IMG/VR virus record: IMGVR_UViG_3300033075_001228
DNA: 64,000 nucleotides
Source: a virus
Lineage: Duplodnaviria; Caudoviricetes
Reading direction: 5' to 3' (one strand)
Positions 36,935-48,048 of this stretch are shown in pieces. The notes under the pieces are model-generated. The model was given only the letters and a program-made list of their open reading frames with translations. It was not told the DNA's origin and did not search any database. Every line of letters starts with the position of its first letter. Positions within the stretch are counted from its first letter, which is position 1. A program made the translations under genes and the position numbers.

Positions 36935-38317
36935 TTGAAGACTTACATCATTGATACTAACGTTTTGCTGAGTGACGCGAATGCGATGCATTCTTTTGAA
37001 GAAAACGATGTGATCATACCTCTCGTTACGCTAGAAGAGCTTGATGCGCATAAAACTCGGCAAGATGAGGTTGGGAAAACAGCCAGAGAAGTCAATCGAC
37101 GCCTTGACGACCTTAGGAAGCTCGGAAGCCTTAAGGACGGCATCAAGCTACCAAACGGCGGAACCTTAAAAGTAGTAGCAGTTGAACCAGGCGTCAAGCT
37201 AGACCTACCAGGCGAGCTTGATGCGACAAAGGTTGACAACATCATCATCGCCCTAGCTTATCAGCTAAGCCAAAAGAATGATCCGCAATACGTCCTAGTG
37301 TCAAAAGACGTAAACGTTCGAATCAAGTGCGACAGCCTTGGGATCAAGTGTGAAGACTACCTCAAGATGAGGGTGACGTCAGATCCGCAGAAGTTTTACC
37401 GAGGCGTGGAAGTCGTAGAGCTTGACGAGCAGCTGATCGATCAATTCTACTCTGCTGGCGAGCTAGTGCTGCCGCCAGCAGCCTGTAGTCAAAAGCTGTT
37501 TCCAAATCAGATCGTTGTGATCAAAAATGTTGTCAATGGACAGACAGTAAAGTCAGCAATCACCAGGCATCCATCGACTAATGGGCGTTTGGTTCCCGTG
37601 TCTAGGATTGAACAGGTTTTTGGTCTTAAGCCACGAAACAAGGAGCAAAGCTTTTCGCTGGACCTGTTGCTTAACCCAGACATCAAGCTGCTGACGCTAG
37701 TTGGCCCGTCAGGAACGGGAAAAACGTTGTTAGCACTGGCAGCTGCTCTTGAACAGCTGAAAGGAATTGGTACAAACGGAAAGTATGACAAGCTAATCGT
37801 CACACGACCAGTTCAACCAGTCGGAAAAGAGATCGGTTTTTTGCCTGGAACATTGGCTGAAAAGATGGAGCCATGGATCGCTCCTATCCGTGATAACCTT
37901 GCGTTTTTGATGAGCAGCAAACGACCGCCCCATAGACACGGAAAATCCTATGACGGAGGCAAACCTAGACACGACGACGGTACGTATCTTTCTTTGATGC
38001 AGGATCGTGGATTGATTGAGATTGAAGCGATCACGTTCATTCGTGGCCGTTCCATCCCAAATGCATTCATCGTCATCGACGAAGCCCAAAACCTTTCGAT
38101 GCATGAGCTGAAAACGATCATCACTCGTGCTGGTGATGGGACCAAGATTGTTTTGACAGGTGACATCGAACAGATTGATAACGTACACGTAGATGCGTAT
38201 ACAAACGGTCTTACGTACGCCGTGGAGCGCTTCAAGGATTATCCGATTGCTGGCCATGTCACCCTTCTTAAGGGAGAAAGAAGCACTTTGGCTACGCTTG
38301 CGTCTCAGATCCTTTGA
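36935..38317 (+). CDS. phoH: PhoH2-like PIN-PhoH ATPase
   Basis: IDTNVLL (PIN), GPSGTGKT, GFLPG, RGRS, DEAQN and GDIEQID. Confidence 0.95.
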   Translation: MKTYIIDTNVLLSDANAMHSFEENDVIIPLVTLEELDAHKTRQDEVGKTAREVNRRLDDLRKLGSLKDGIKLPNGGTLKVVAVEPGVKLDLPGELDATKVDNIIIALAYQLSQKNDPQYVLVSKDVNVRIKCDSLGIKCEDYLKMRVTSDPQKFYRGVEVVELDEQLIDQFYSAGELVLPPAACSQKLFPNQIVVIKNVVNGQTVKSAITRHPSTNGRLVPVSRIEQVFGLKPRNKEQSFSLDLLLNPDIKLLTLVGPSGTGKTLLALAAALEQLKGIGTNGKYDKLIVTRPVQPVGKEIGFLPGTLAEKMEPWIAPIRDNLAFLMSSKRPPHRHGKSYDGGKPRHDDGTYLSLMQDRGLIEIEAITFIRGRSIPNAFIVIDEAQNLSMHELKTIITRAGDGTKIVLTGDIEQIDNVHVDAYTNGLTYAVERFKDYPIAGHVTLLKGERSTLATLASQIL

Positions 38318-38344
38318 GCGTTTAGAAAGCTAGATCAAACACCA

Positions 38345-38381
38345 AACGCACCGGTAGTTGGCTCGTAGCTACCGGTGCGTT
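38345..38381 (+). terminator. Hairpin, likely terminator after phoH
   Basis: 13-bp stem AACGCACCGGTAG/CTACCGGTGCGTT. Confidence 0.65.
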
Positions 38382-38428
38382 GTATATTTGCGACAGAAGA
38401 TAAACGTTAGCTAACGTTTGGAGGTCAG

Positions 38429-39427
38429 GTGTCGGGCATTCTTGACAGCAAATCACGTGTTTTAGACACTGTCGTTACGTTAGAAGGACGACGGCAGATT
38501 GCTAACGCAGATCTTCAGATTAGGTACGTGTCGTTTACAGACGGAGCGACGTACTACAGGCCAGATCTTGTTTCTGGCTCTGCAGACGCATCGTCTCGCA
38601 TCTACCTAGAGCAGTGTCACCTGCCACAGGACTCTATCACGTTAGAGGCGGATGATTCTGGTAAGCTATCGCCGTTTGGAAACGCTGCTGGGCTTTCTGT
38701 TAAGGATGGTCAAATACTTGCGTATTCATTTGATGCATTGACAGCCTCTGTCCTTACTGGCTCAAGGCAAGAAGTAAGGATTCTTAAAGGTGACGAATTC
38801 GCTTCAACTGCTGCAACTTTGCTAGCGTCGTCAATTGATAACTTCACGAATCTTAGGTTGATAGGCACAAAAGACCTGATCTTTGAAGATGATGGCTTCG
38901 CTGCAGGTCCGTCACGCGTAGAGTTCACTATTCACAACAACAAACCAATCCCAGATGCAACGAGTCATGTAGCTCATATCAATCATCTTGAAAGTTTGTT
39001 TCAAGACGTCAGGCTTAGCAAGGTGATCAACTTCAGGTATCTCCCGCCGATCAACAAACTGAGCGACAATTCGATCGACAAAAAAGACCATAGAAACACG
39101 GGTCCACACCAGCTCGGTTACTACAAGCCCTGGGGCCGTTCACACGCTTCCGGGCTTTCACCTGCTCAGTTAGAGCATGAGCTTCAACACTACAAGAGCA
39201 TCGGGTACTGCAAAGAAGTTAACTTTGATCCGACGTCACGTGACAACAACCTCGTTGGCCAGTTTTTTGAGGTTGGGTTTAACGTCATGAAAAAACTTGA
39301 CGTTATCGATTACGGCTGGTATACGTGGAAAGGCGCTCGTCGCCACGCGTTTTTTGTCGGTAAGGTGATGACAGATGAAAATGGTTCACATACCTTCATT
39401 CACTTGTTTACGCTAGTGTTTGGGTGA
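38429..39427 (+). CDS. Putative virion structural (baseplate/tail) protein
   Basis: N-terminal GILD....DTVVTLEGRRQIA resembles the N-terminus of the 48334 gene. Confidence 0.6.
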   Translation: MSGILDSKSRVLDTVVTLEGRRQIANADLQIRYVSFTDGATYYRPDLVSGSADASSRIYLEQCHLPQDSITLEADDSGKLSPFGNAAGLSVKDGQILAYSFDALTASVLTGSRQEVRILKGDEFASTAATLLASSIDNFTNLRLIGTKDLIFEDDGFAAGPSRVEFTIHNNKPIPDATSHVAHINHLESLFQDVRLSKVINFRYLPPINKLSDNSIDKKDHRNTGPHQLGYYKPWGRSHASGLSPAQLEHELQHYKSIGYCKEVNFDPTSRDNNLVGQFFEVGFNVMKKLDVIDYGWYTWKGARRHAFFVGKVMTDENGSHTFIHLFTLVFG

Positions 39428-39433
39428 TTCCAC

Positions 39434-41926
39434 ATGTACTTTAGGTTTAACCGTCGCTATGACCTGTTGACAGTTGGTGATGATTTTGCACACCTTCGTG
39501 CGGTCAAACCAAATGGCGACCTGGTCTTTGATCTGTATTACAGCATAAATCCTGGACACGCTGTTGAACACGAGGCGTTAACTGTCAAGGTCACCGTTCA
39601 GTCAAGGACGATTAAGCAAAGGCCTGTTTTAGAAAACACACACACAGGGTTTGTAGACACTCGAAAGCTCGTGGAAAATGTGTTGACACAGGTTCCAGCA
39701 GCCAAGAGCGCCATCAAGCAACAGTCTGAGTTTGTTGTTGCGACGCACAACAGCGACATATCAGCGCATATCAACAACGAAATTGTGGGTCAGCTGAAGG
39801 CAAAGGTTCATCCGAAAAACATCCAGCAACTAAACAAATCAACTATGAAGCTTGTGCAAGCTTCTGAGATAAAGGCCGCTGCGGATGCAAAGCCGGTGCT
39901 TCAGCAAGTTGCACATCAATTTGTTTCTGACGTTGATGCTATACACTCTGCGTCTATTGATCAGAATCCGACGCGGCTGATGCATGACATGATTGTCAGG
40001 CAAGGCCTGGATCCGTCGTACATCCTACAGATGACGCATCGTAGCGTACCATCTGTTGATTCTGTTGGTGGCATCCTTCGTTCGACCAGGGCTCCAGAGT
40101 TTGAAGAAAGTCCTGCCACAAAGCTTCTAAATTTCCACATCTTTGCGCCCGGAACTCATCTTAGACCAACCACGACCAGGCAGGTGCCTGACTCAAAGTC
40201 AGTTCACATTCTTGTCAACGAACCTAAGGTAACGTCAGAAATCTCTACTTCTGTTCTCATTCCTCGTCACGCTCGTTTTCTTGACGGCAAAGATCAATCG
40301 CACTTTTTTGTTAAGTTTGAGCTGTTGAATGGTCGCACTGGCGTTGCAGTTGATTCTGTCGTTCGCGCGTTGGATGTCGCCCGTCATGTGCAGCTTTACA
40401 ACACGCCAAAAAAGCCGCCAGTGGTTAAGGTGACTAAGTCTGAAGTTTCATCACGAGCCAACCTTGAGATTAAGCAAGTTGACCCTGGCGCTACTGCTGT
40501 TCGTGTGTACAAAAAGAATTTGCTACGCGCGGTTGTTGAAACTGACGACTATTCGTTGATTGGAACGTATGACGTTAAACACAATGAGCAGTCTTTGTTG
40601 GTTCAGGTTGATGTTCCAACAAACTCTACAGCAATTTACAGGGTTGTGCCTGTTGGCGCACAGGGTACGTTAGGGTTTGAGTACACTAACGTTGTCGTGA
40701 GACCCAAGAGGTTTAAGCCCGTGAAGGCGCTTTCGCTCACAGCGCAGCCAATTGACATAGGTGTACGTCTTGAGGCTCGTCACATTCCACAAAAGGTGGT
40801 TGCGATTGAGTTCAAAGCTAGGAACAAAACAGTCTTTGAAAAGGAATTTCGAAACGTTGGCGGCAGCCTTACGCTGGTGGACGACGCAGTTCGAACGTCA
40901 GACTTTGTCACTGTTGTTGACCGTGATGTTGCCCCTAACAACATTTACGAATACATCGCCAGACTTGTTTACGAAAGCGGCACGTTAGAAGAGTCAGGTA
41001 ACGCAGTGACAGAGTTTATGCAACCGACGCCTGGGAAGGTTGACACCAAGATTGAAAATCTGGTCGTTGATCAGATCGCTGAGCCTAACGTTACGTTTAC
41101 AATCACAACAAACATCATTGACAACAACCTAGACGTCGTAAAAACGCTGCTGCAACGTCGTGACATCTATGAGCTTTTTAAGGGTGATGTTACGCGTGAA
41201 CGAGAGTTTCTAAAAGACCTGATCGCACACAACGTTCAAAGGGTTGACCTTACGACCGGTCGCAGGGATGACTTTGGCATCGTAACTTCACTGTCGTTTT
41301 CTGACAACGATCTGAGAAAAAACCAAGCAATCCCAGCCTTGCAGCTTGGTCATCGTTACAGGTATGAGGTGACAGCATTGCTCCGTGCCCCCGAGACAAT
41401 GTTTGAAACGCTAACAAAGGAAAAGGTTGATGCTGTCACCAAAAAAACCTACGCGTTCAAGCCTGCTAAGTTTCTTCATCCAGTGACATTGAAGCGCGGC
41501 GTGATTGTGTCATCATCTGGTCTTAAGACGCGCTACTCAAAAGAGCCATTGGCGCACGGTGCGATTGGGGCCATTGAGTCAGTGGAAGTGTCGTTTGACA
41601 TAGAGCCTGCAAAAATCGTGGATCCTAGCGCAGCAAAATTCGATAAGTACTTAAACGTTATAACGTGGAAGGTACAGGGCTCAGTCGATCAGGTTGATCA
41701 CTTTTTGATCATGAAGGACGTTCACGGCGTTCGTACAATGGTTGGAAAAGCACATTCTGAGTTTCCTTATGGAAATTGTCAGTACTTGCACCCAGTCACC
41801 CGCAGGGACGAAGGCTCGTTTGAATACGTCATCGTTCCAGTGTTCAATGACTACAAGACGGGAACGCCTGTGGTGACAAATAACGTTGCTGTTGAATCGC
41901 TACCGAAAGTTAGAAAGTTGGTCTGA
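39434..41926 (+). CDS. Large beta-rich (Ig/FN3-like) putative virion protein
   Basis: 830 aa with repeated Y.Y.V/I beta motifs. Confidence 0.6.
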   Translation: MYFRFNRRYDLLTVGDDFAHLRAVKPNGDLVFDLYYSINPGHAVEHEALTVKVTVQSRTIKQRPVLENTHTGFVDTRKLVENVLTQVPAAKSAIKQQSEFVVATHNSDISAHINNEIVGQLKAKVHPKNIQQLNKSTMKLVQASEIKAAADAKPVLQQVAHQFVSDVDAIHSASIDQNPTRLMHDMIVRQGLDPSYILQMTHRSVPSVDSVGGILRSTRAPEFEESPATKLLNFHIFAPGTHLRPTTTRQVPDSKSVHILVNEPKVTSEISTSVLIPRHARFLDGKDQSHFFVKFELLNGRTGVAVDSVVRALDVARHVQLYNTPKKPPVVKVTKSEVSSRANLEIKQVDPGATAVRVYKKNLLRAVVETDDYSLIGTYDVKHNEQSLLVQVDVPTNSTAIYRVVPVGAQGTLGFEYTNVVVRPKRFKPVKALSLTAQPIDIGVRLEARHIPQKVVAIEFKARNKTVFEKEFRNVGGSLTLVDDAVRTSDFVTVVDRDVAPNNIYEYIARLVYESGTLEESGNAVTEFMQPTPGKVDTKIENLVVDQIAEPNVTFTITTNIIDNNLDVVKTLLQRRDIYELFKGDVTREREFLKDLIAHNVQRVDLTTGRRDDFGIVTSLSFSDNDLRKNQAIPALQLGHRYRYEVTALLRAPETMFETLTKEKVDAVTKKTYAFKPAKFLHPVTLKRGVIVSSSGLKTRYSKEPLAHGAIGAIESVEVSFDIEPAKIVDPSAAKFDKYLNVITWKVQGSVDQVDHFLIMKDVHGVRTMVGKAHSEFPYGNCQYLHPVTRRDEGSFEYVIVPVFNDYKTGTPVVTNNVAVESLPKVRKLV

Positions 41927-44900
41927 TGTTCAAGTCTCTTAAAGCTTCTAACGGATCGTTTGCAGCGGTGGGAAACCTACAGGTTCAGCCAGCCGTCAAT
42001 GACCTCGGAAAAAACGTAAAGCAGCAGGCAACGTCGCCTGCTTCGTTGAAATCAAACGTAGCGCCAGCTCACCAAGCGATCATCGATACGTCGACAGTCG
42101 TTCATTCATCTGATGGGCTAAAGACAAACAAGGGTTCGTTGCAGTCAATTGCATCAGCTTTGATGTCTGACAAATCCTTCCTGCTGCCGCCGTACCACAG
42201 CAAAGTCAACAGCATCCTTCCAGGTTTTGCTAAAAACCTAGAGCCCACTAGCCAGCCAAATAAGCCGTCAGCTACAAAAGCAGCTAGCTTTAAGAGGTTT
42301 GAGCCTTATGAGCAGCTGACTGGCATTTCGCAAGAACGTCCCGAGGTTGTCATTCTGACAAACTTCTTACCTTTGTTTGTGAGCGACGTTGGTCATTCTC
42401 AGCCTTCGTTCATCCATCTTGTTGAAAACGGAGGAATTTACCCGTTCATGACAGACGCGGGAAGGTTTGTTGATACACATCTTCAGGCTAGAAACCTTCG
42501 TCACGTTGATGCAATTCATCTTGTGAGGAACATTCGTTCTCGTTATCCGACGGTTAGCGACCAGATTACGTCACGAAAACAAGCTTTTGAAGCAAGCGTT
42601 GATTCGTTGAAAGACAGCGCAAATTTTCTGTTAGGGCTAGTTCGTAGCCTGGAAAGGCAGAAAGAACATCTCGATCTTCGAGATGACATACACATCGTTG
42701 ATCCAGATGATGTCATCAACCAATACTCGCTGAATTTTTCACGTCTCAACACGGCAGGTTCTCCTGATAGCTTGCACTATTACGCCAGACGATATATGCC
42801 GTCGACATACTCCGTTGTGGACATGATGGTGCGGCTTGGGTATAACTTCAGCAACGTTAAAGGCAAGTTTTCATCAACGAAAATTTGGCTACAACTTCTT
42901 TATGAGATCAAAAACGTTTTAAGCCATCACTCGAATGAGTTTCTAGACGTTGATCCCACGTCGCAACGGCTTGATAGCAACGCAGCAGTTTTGTCAAAAC
43001 ACACTGCTGCAAAGTTTGGAATACGCCAAGCGCTGCCGGCCTTGAAGTCACTTAACGAGCTTAGCACGCTGCAGCCAGCCCAGGTTCACGCAGCGATTAG
43101 CAACGTCAACCAAGCCTGGAGGGTTTTATACCAAAACGTCCATTTCAAGTCAGCAGAGGCTCACATTGCCGCTCTTGTGAACCTAGTTTCAAAGGAATTT
43201 AGGTATTCATACGGCCTGTCGACGCCAGACGTTCAGCAGTCGTTGAGCAACCACTATGACTACAACGTAACATCGAATAACAATGAAAACGTGTTTGAGT
43301 ACGTGTTTGGAAGGTTTGGAAACAACATCACAGACTTTCCGTCTGAGCAAAGGCAGTCATTGGTGGGCCTTGCTCAGCAGCAACCAGCAGAGGACGTTGG
43401 GGTTTTGACGTTTGAGTCAAAGTATGTTGACGGCGACTCAGGAACGTTGACGCCAGGAGCTGCTTTCTTTGTCGACCAAGCGCTTAAGACTGACGGAAAG
43501 GAATTCGACACGCAAAGGCTTGACGAGCTGAGCCTTTTGTTTGAGAAAAAGCATAAGTCATTGGGCGTTGTTCTTCACGGCATGAACGCGTTAGCTGTCA
43601 AGGTTGGCGACCAGGTTGAACGTGTTAGCGCTCAGTTTTCATCATTGCTTTCAAGCCCTGTTGACTTGACCAACGAGATTCTAAAAAACCTTGTTGATGA
43701 ACAAACCGGGGCAACGTTGCCGTCTGCTGTCAACGACAACCTGGGGGCTGTTTATTCGTACGCTGTCAGCAACCCTGACGTAAAAGCTGCGTTGTTCTTG
43801 TACACGATTGCAAAAGTGACCAGGTCATACCACGCGACAATACCGTTCTTTGATCCTTCGTTTGACCTGTCGAAGGACAACACACCGCTGACTGACTTTT
43901 TGATTGCTAACGTTGTGTCAGCGCTAGGGATGAAAATTCCCGAGGCCCAGTCAGGCGTCCAGGCAGTCGCCGCTGCGCTGGGGCAAAATAAGCTGCCAGT
44001 GTTGACAAAGGACACAATTCAGGCATCGCTCAAGTCTGGAACACCGTTGACGAAATTCATTGAGTCAACGATGAAGCAAGTGTTGATGGCTTTCAAGGAA
44101 GACGACAAGGCGATGTTGAACCAACGAACAAGGTTCAACGGCTACCCTGACACGGTGGTGATGATGGTGATGTTTGATGCCATCATTCAAATGGTTCAGC
44201 GTTACAACAACCAGTCGTTGACGTCATCAAACCTAGGTCCGACTGCGTATGCGTTTGGAACGTTAACGTTCAACGTCTCAAGGACAAAAAACAACAACAA
44301 GGCGTCAGTCAACGAGCTGACAACGCGTCTGGAGAAAGAAGTTGCATTGACGCAAAAGCTTCTTTACGTAGTCTTAAATACGCTTAAAAAGCTGTCTAAC
44401 TCGCTACGAAACCAATCAAATTACCTCAAGAGCCCCGCAGCCGTCAACAAACTGCGTGAGATTTCTGAGGTCATCGGTGACTCACGCCTGTTGTCTATGC
44501 TGATGAGTGAGCAACAGATCATGTTGCTGTCGTCAACGGTCCATGATTTAGTTGATCGAATCTCGCAACGTGACGTTGCGTCTAGCAACGGCGACGTAGA
44601 CGGCGACGGCGACTTTGACGCAGATGATGAGTTGAAGGTGCTAGACGACTCAGTGGTGCTGCCAAAGCTACGAAACGCAATCTACGGTTTGATGAGCAGC
44701 AAGGAATATGCGTCATCGAAAGGCTACAACAAAAAGATCCTGACGGTCGGAATCCCGCTGGGATTTACGCATAAGCTAAAGCAACGAATCAGCGTCAACA
44801 AGCTGAAGAAAACTAGCTTTGCTGACAAACAAAGCGACATCGTGTCTGTTGTTGTTTACAAAGTTGATCTACAAAACAGCGACATCATCTACAGGCCGCA

Positions 44901-46032
44901 GCGGTTTTTGTTTGAGCTGTCAAGGTTTCCAGTTAGAAATGATAAGCATTTTCTGCCGTTGACAGAGAAGCCAACGTTAGATGAAATTGCACATTCCATT
45001 CCCACTAGGGACTTTGGGCAAGGGTTTGAACGTGGGTCTAGCCTGGAGTATTGGGCGTTAGATGCTAGTCGCGTAAATCGTTCACAAAAGCTTGCGTTCT
45101 CTGATGAGTCGTATTCCTTTTTGACAGAACACGAAAAGGCGCAGCTTATCAAGAACCATGTGCTAAGCTACCTGTTGGAGACGTATGTTAGGCTTTTGAC
45201 AGGCATCAGCGTTGCTGATTATCACTTTGATCTTGTCGATCAGCCAAGGCCAATGGGTGACGACATGGTAAAGCTGATCACTGAGCACTGCGTTGCAAAC
45301 GTTGTCGACCAGCTAAGCAGCAACCAGGTGACGTCACAGGCTTCTAAGGCGCCCTCGGGTGGCGTCTTGTTTGCCACGACCATGGCTAAAAAGCCAGGGT
45401 ATGTAGCCGGTAAGGCTGCCCAGGCAGTCTCTCAACCGTTGCTTAGCAATCCTGCAGGGGTTCCAGGCAACGTTTCCACAGCTGCTCAGCTGTATGGCAT
45501 TCAAGGTAAGCCTAGCGTGAAAACGCTTGAAGCTCAACTGGACATTGGGCAGCTTAGCACGAACCTTGCTGGCGTGTCCGCCAGAAACGTTCCGGCGGTT
45601 CTTCATAACCTTCGAAACATCAGCGGTTTGTCGCACATGCTTACGCCGTTGGTTGACCCGCTTTTGGTTTCTAAGCGAATTGTTTCACCTAAGCAGTTTG
45701 ATAGGGTCTTTAACGTGATCGTTGACCCAGACGAGTTTGAAATTGATTATGAGAAAACAGTCAAGACGCCTGACGGCAAGCAGGCGCTCGAGCAGATGAT
45801 AAAAACGGGTGATGTCATCGTGGAAGACGAAAATTACAAGGCCAAGCGCCTGTTAGGACGACCAACGTTCGTGGGGTTTGGTAAAGATCCGACGGGTCGT
45901 TCTTTCCCACAAGGAAGGGCTGCACCAAACGTTTCCTTGTATAGGTTTAGGGACAGGGACAAAAACCAAGGTGACATTGCGTTTGAAAAGTATTTTGTCA
46001 CCATTGAAACCTATGGCGATGATGAGGTCTAA
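41926..46032 (+). CDS. Large hypothetical putative virion protein
   Basis: 1368 aa ORF in the structural operon. Confidence 0.6.
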   Translation: MFKSLKASNGSFAAVGNLQVQPAVNDLGKNVKQQATSPASLKSNVAPAHQAIIDTSTVVHSSDGLKTNKGSLQSIASALMSDKSFLLPPYHSKVNSILPGFAKNLEPTSQPNKPSATKAASFKRFEPYEQLTGISQERPEVVILTNFLPLFVSDVGHSQPSFIHLVENGGIYPFMTDAGRFVDTHLQARNLRHVDAIHLVRNIRSRYPTVSDQITSRKQAFEASVDSLKDSANFLLGLVRSLERQKEHLDLRDDIHIVDPDDVINQYSLNFSRLNTAGSPDSLHYYARRYMPSTYSVVDMMVRLGYNFSNVKGKFSSTKIWLQLLYEIKNVLSHHSNEFLDVDPTSQRLDSNAAVLSKHTAAKFGIRQALPALKSLNELSTLQPAQVHAAISNVNQAWRVLYQNVHFKSAEAHIAALVNLVSKEFRYSYGLSTPDVQQSLSNHYDYNVTSNNNENVFEYVFGRFGNNITDFPSEQRQSLVGLAQQQPAEDVGVLTFESKYVDGDSGTLTPGAAFFVDQALKTDGKEFDTQRLDELSLLFEKKHKSLGVVLHGMNALAVKVGDQVERVSAQFSSLLSSPVDLTNEILKNLVDEQTGATLPSAVNDNLGAVYSYAVSNPDVKAALFLYTIAKVTRSYHATIPFFDPSFDLSKDNTPLTDFLIANVVSALGMKIPEAQSGVQAVAAALGQNKLPVLTKDTIQASLKSGTPLTKFIESTMKQVLMAFKEDDKAMLNQRTRFNGYPDTVVMMVMFDAIIQMVQRYNNQSLTSSNLGPTAYAFGTLTFNVSRTKNNNKASVNELTTRLEKEVALTQKLLYVVLNTLKKLSNSLRNQSNYLKSPAAVNKLREISEVIGDSRLLSMLMSEQQIMLLSSTVHDLVDRISQRDVASSNGDVDGDGDFDADDELKVLDDSVVLPKLRNAIYGLMSSKEYASSKGYNKKILTVGIPLGFTHKLKQRISVNKLKKTSFADKQSDIVSVVVYKVDLQNSDIIYRPQRFLFELSRFPVRNDKHFLPLTEKPTLDEIAHSIPTRDFGQGFERGSSLEYWALDASRVNRSQKLAFSDESYSFLTEHEKAQLIKNHVLSYLLETYVRLLTGISVADYHFDLVDQPRPMGDDMVKLITEHCVANVVDQLSSNQVTSQASKAPSGGVLFATTMAKKPGYVAGKAAQAVSQPLLSNPAGVPGNVSTAAQLYGIQGKPSVKTLEAQLDIGQLSTNLAGVSARNVPAVLHNLRNISGLSHMLTPLVDPLLVSKRIVSPKQFDRVFNVIVDPDEFEIDYEKTVKTPDGKQALEQMIKTGDVIVEDENYKAKRLLGRPTFVGFGKDPTGRSFPQGRAAPNVSLYRFRDRDKNQGDIAFEKYFVTIETYGDDEV

Positions 46033-46035
46033 GCA

Positions 46036-48048
46036 ATGAGTGTCTCGCTACCTTCAAGGGAAGTGTATGCTGTCGACGTCCCGGAGGTGAGGGTGTTTGA
46101 TGGCTCGTTTGTCTATAACTTTTTCACCTTTGATGAAAGCGTTTCTGAGACCGGCGGCGTTCCCGCAAAGTTCCTGCAGCGTGACGCTGAGCAGATTGAT
46201 TCAGGTTTTTTGCAATACGCAACGACCCGAGCCCCTCGTTTAGTCAAGCTCTCATGGAAGGTGCCACGGTTAGTTGAGCCAGGAAACCTGGTGTCTGACC
46301 AAAGCCAGAGGGCACATGTTTTTTCGTCTAATGCACAAGATGGTTCGCTGATTGCTGACAACCTGGATAAGGTTGTGACAGAAGACCACTTCTCGTCAAA
46401 CAACTACGTTGCCGTCAGCTTTCATGATGGTGAAATTGACGACAAGATCCATTATCTTGTGTCTGGTTCGTACGTAGCGCAAACTACGTTTGAGCACCAT
46501 GACAACGATGTTGGCCACTACAAAGCAGCACATAGGCTGTCGTCATTGACGCCCAAACACATCAAGCCGCACTTTTTGTTTAGGTCGTTAGCGTCAGCTC
46601 CTCAGGCTCATGGAACTCGTTTCTTTGACAAGTCAGGCAAACGTATCTTTAACGATTACTTTCGTCGACTTAAGAAGGTTGTTGTCAACGCGCAGGTCAA
46701 CAGCAGGCTGTTTCACGACATAACAAACAGATCGATCCGTGACCCACACTCGCCGTTCGCGTCTGACATGCAAAACATGCATAAGTTTACGAGGAAGCTT
46801 AAGCATCAGGTCCAACAAAGGTCGTTGTCACAGGTCGATGAGGCTGATTTTAAGACCTTTGTGCCGTTCATCGACCTCAAGGTCCGGCGCACGGCACAAA
46901 GGTATGACCTTTCAGCCGCCGAGATCGTTGGATACATCATTGACAAGGTTGAGATCACGGAGTCTGGAGAGGCCAAAGAAAGCAGCCCAATCATCATTGA
47001 CAACCCGAAGATCAGCTCGACTGCTGACTTTTTCGTTCGCTACAACGCAACGTACGTGTATTCAATTCGAACCGTGGCTCAGTTTACGCTCCCGGCGATC
47101 GATGACGACACGGGTGACGTAGCAACGATCAAGGTGTTGATCAGCTCAAAGCCATCAAGCAAGGTCTACATCAAAACAGTTGAGAACGTGGCGCCTCCCG
47201 CGCCCGCCGACCTGAACTTTACGTGGGACTATGAGCGAATCAACCCAGCGACAGCTGACTTTGACCATGAGTCTGGGCAGCAGCTTCCGGGTACTGGCAG
47301 GCCGGGCAGCTTGATGATTCATTGGGCATTTCCGCCTAACTCTCAGCGTGACATCAAGAAGTTCCAGGTCTTCCGCCGTCGTGACGTCAATCATCCGTTT
47401 GAGTTGATAAAGATGTATGACTTTGATGACTCGTTGGTCAAGATGCCAAACGCAGAAAACCCTGATCCTTCGTTGGTTGAGCACCTGACGACGCCATGTA
47501 CTTTTTTTTACGATGATGATTTTCACGTAGGTGACCACAACTTCCATAGCCTCAACACCGACGCAACGTCGCAAGACAAACACCCTGGTTCATCAACGTT
47601 CATCTATGCAGTCGCTAGCATAGACGCACATGGGCTGACGTCAGGTTTTTCTGCACAGTATGAGGTGTGGTTTGACCAGTTTAAGAACAGGCTTCAAAAA
47701 CGTTTGGTTAGCCATACAGGTGCCCCAAAGCCGTATCCAAACCTTTACCTTGAGGCTGATACCTTTGTGGACACCATTCGCGTGTCTGGGCCAAACAGCA
47801 AGCGCATGAGCTTATACTTCAACCCGGAGTTTTACTACCTGTATGATGACAACGAACGCTTGACAAGTGTGCTAGCGACCAAGCAGGCTGGCGGCAGCTA
47901 CAAGCTACAGTTCATCAACACGGACAACCAGAAAAGCACAGTTGTGGATGTCGTCGTGAACGATATGATAAAAGCTGCACCATCTGTAGCTGCATCACCA
48001 GAGGTTCGTTTTGGTTCCCGTCGATCTGCCCCGCGTCGTTCTCGTTGA
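46036..48048 (+). CDS. Putative virion protein with FN3-like domains
   Basis: 670 aa, PPAPADLNFTW and YAVASIDAHG. Confidence 0.6.
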   Translation: MSVSLPSREVYAVDVPEVRVFDGSFVYNFFTFDESVSETGGVPAKFLQRDAEQIDSGFLQYATTRAPRLVKLSWKVPRLVEPGNLVSDQSQRAHVFSSNAQDGSLIADNLDKVVTEDHFSSNNYVAVSFHDGEIDDKIHYLVSGSYVAQTTFEHHDNDVGHYKAAHRLSSLTPKHIKPHFLFRSLASAPQAHGTRFFDKSGKRIFNDYFRRLKKVVVNAQVNSRLFHDITNRSIRDPHSPFASDMQNMHKFTRKLKHQVQQRSLSQVDEADFKTFVPFIDLKVRRTAQRYDLSAAEIVGYIIDKVEITESGEAKESSPIIIDNPKISSTADFFVRYNATYVYSIRTVAQFTLPAIDDDTGDVATIKVLISSKPSSKVYIKTVENVAPPAPADLNFTWDYERINPATADFDHESGQQLPGTGRPGSLMIHWAFPPNSQRDIKKFQVFRRRDVNHPFELIKMYDFDDSLVKMPNAENPDPSLVEHLTTPCTFFYDDDFHVGDHNFHSLNTDATSQDKHPGSSTFIYAVASIDAHGLTSGFSAQYEVWFDQFKNRLQKRLVSHTGAPKPYPNLYLEADTFVDTIRVSGPNSKRMSLYFNPEFYYLYDDNERLTSVLATKQAGGSYKLQFINTDNQKSTVVDVVVNDMIKAAPSVAASPEVRFGSRRSAPRRSR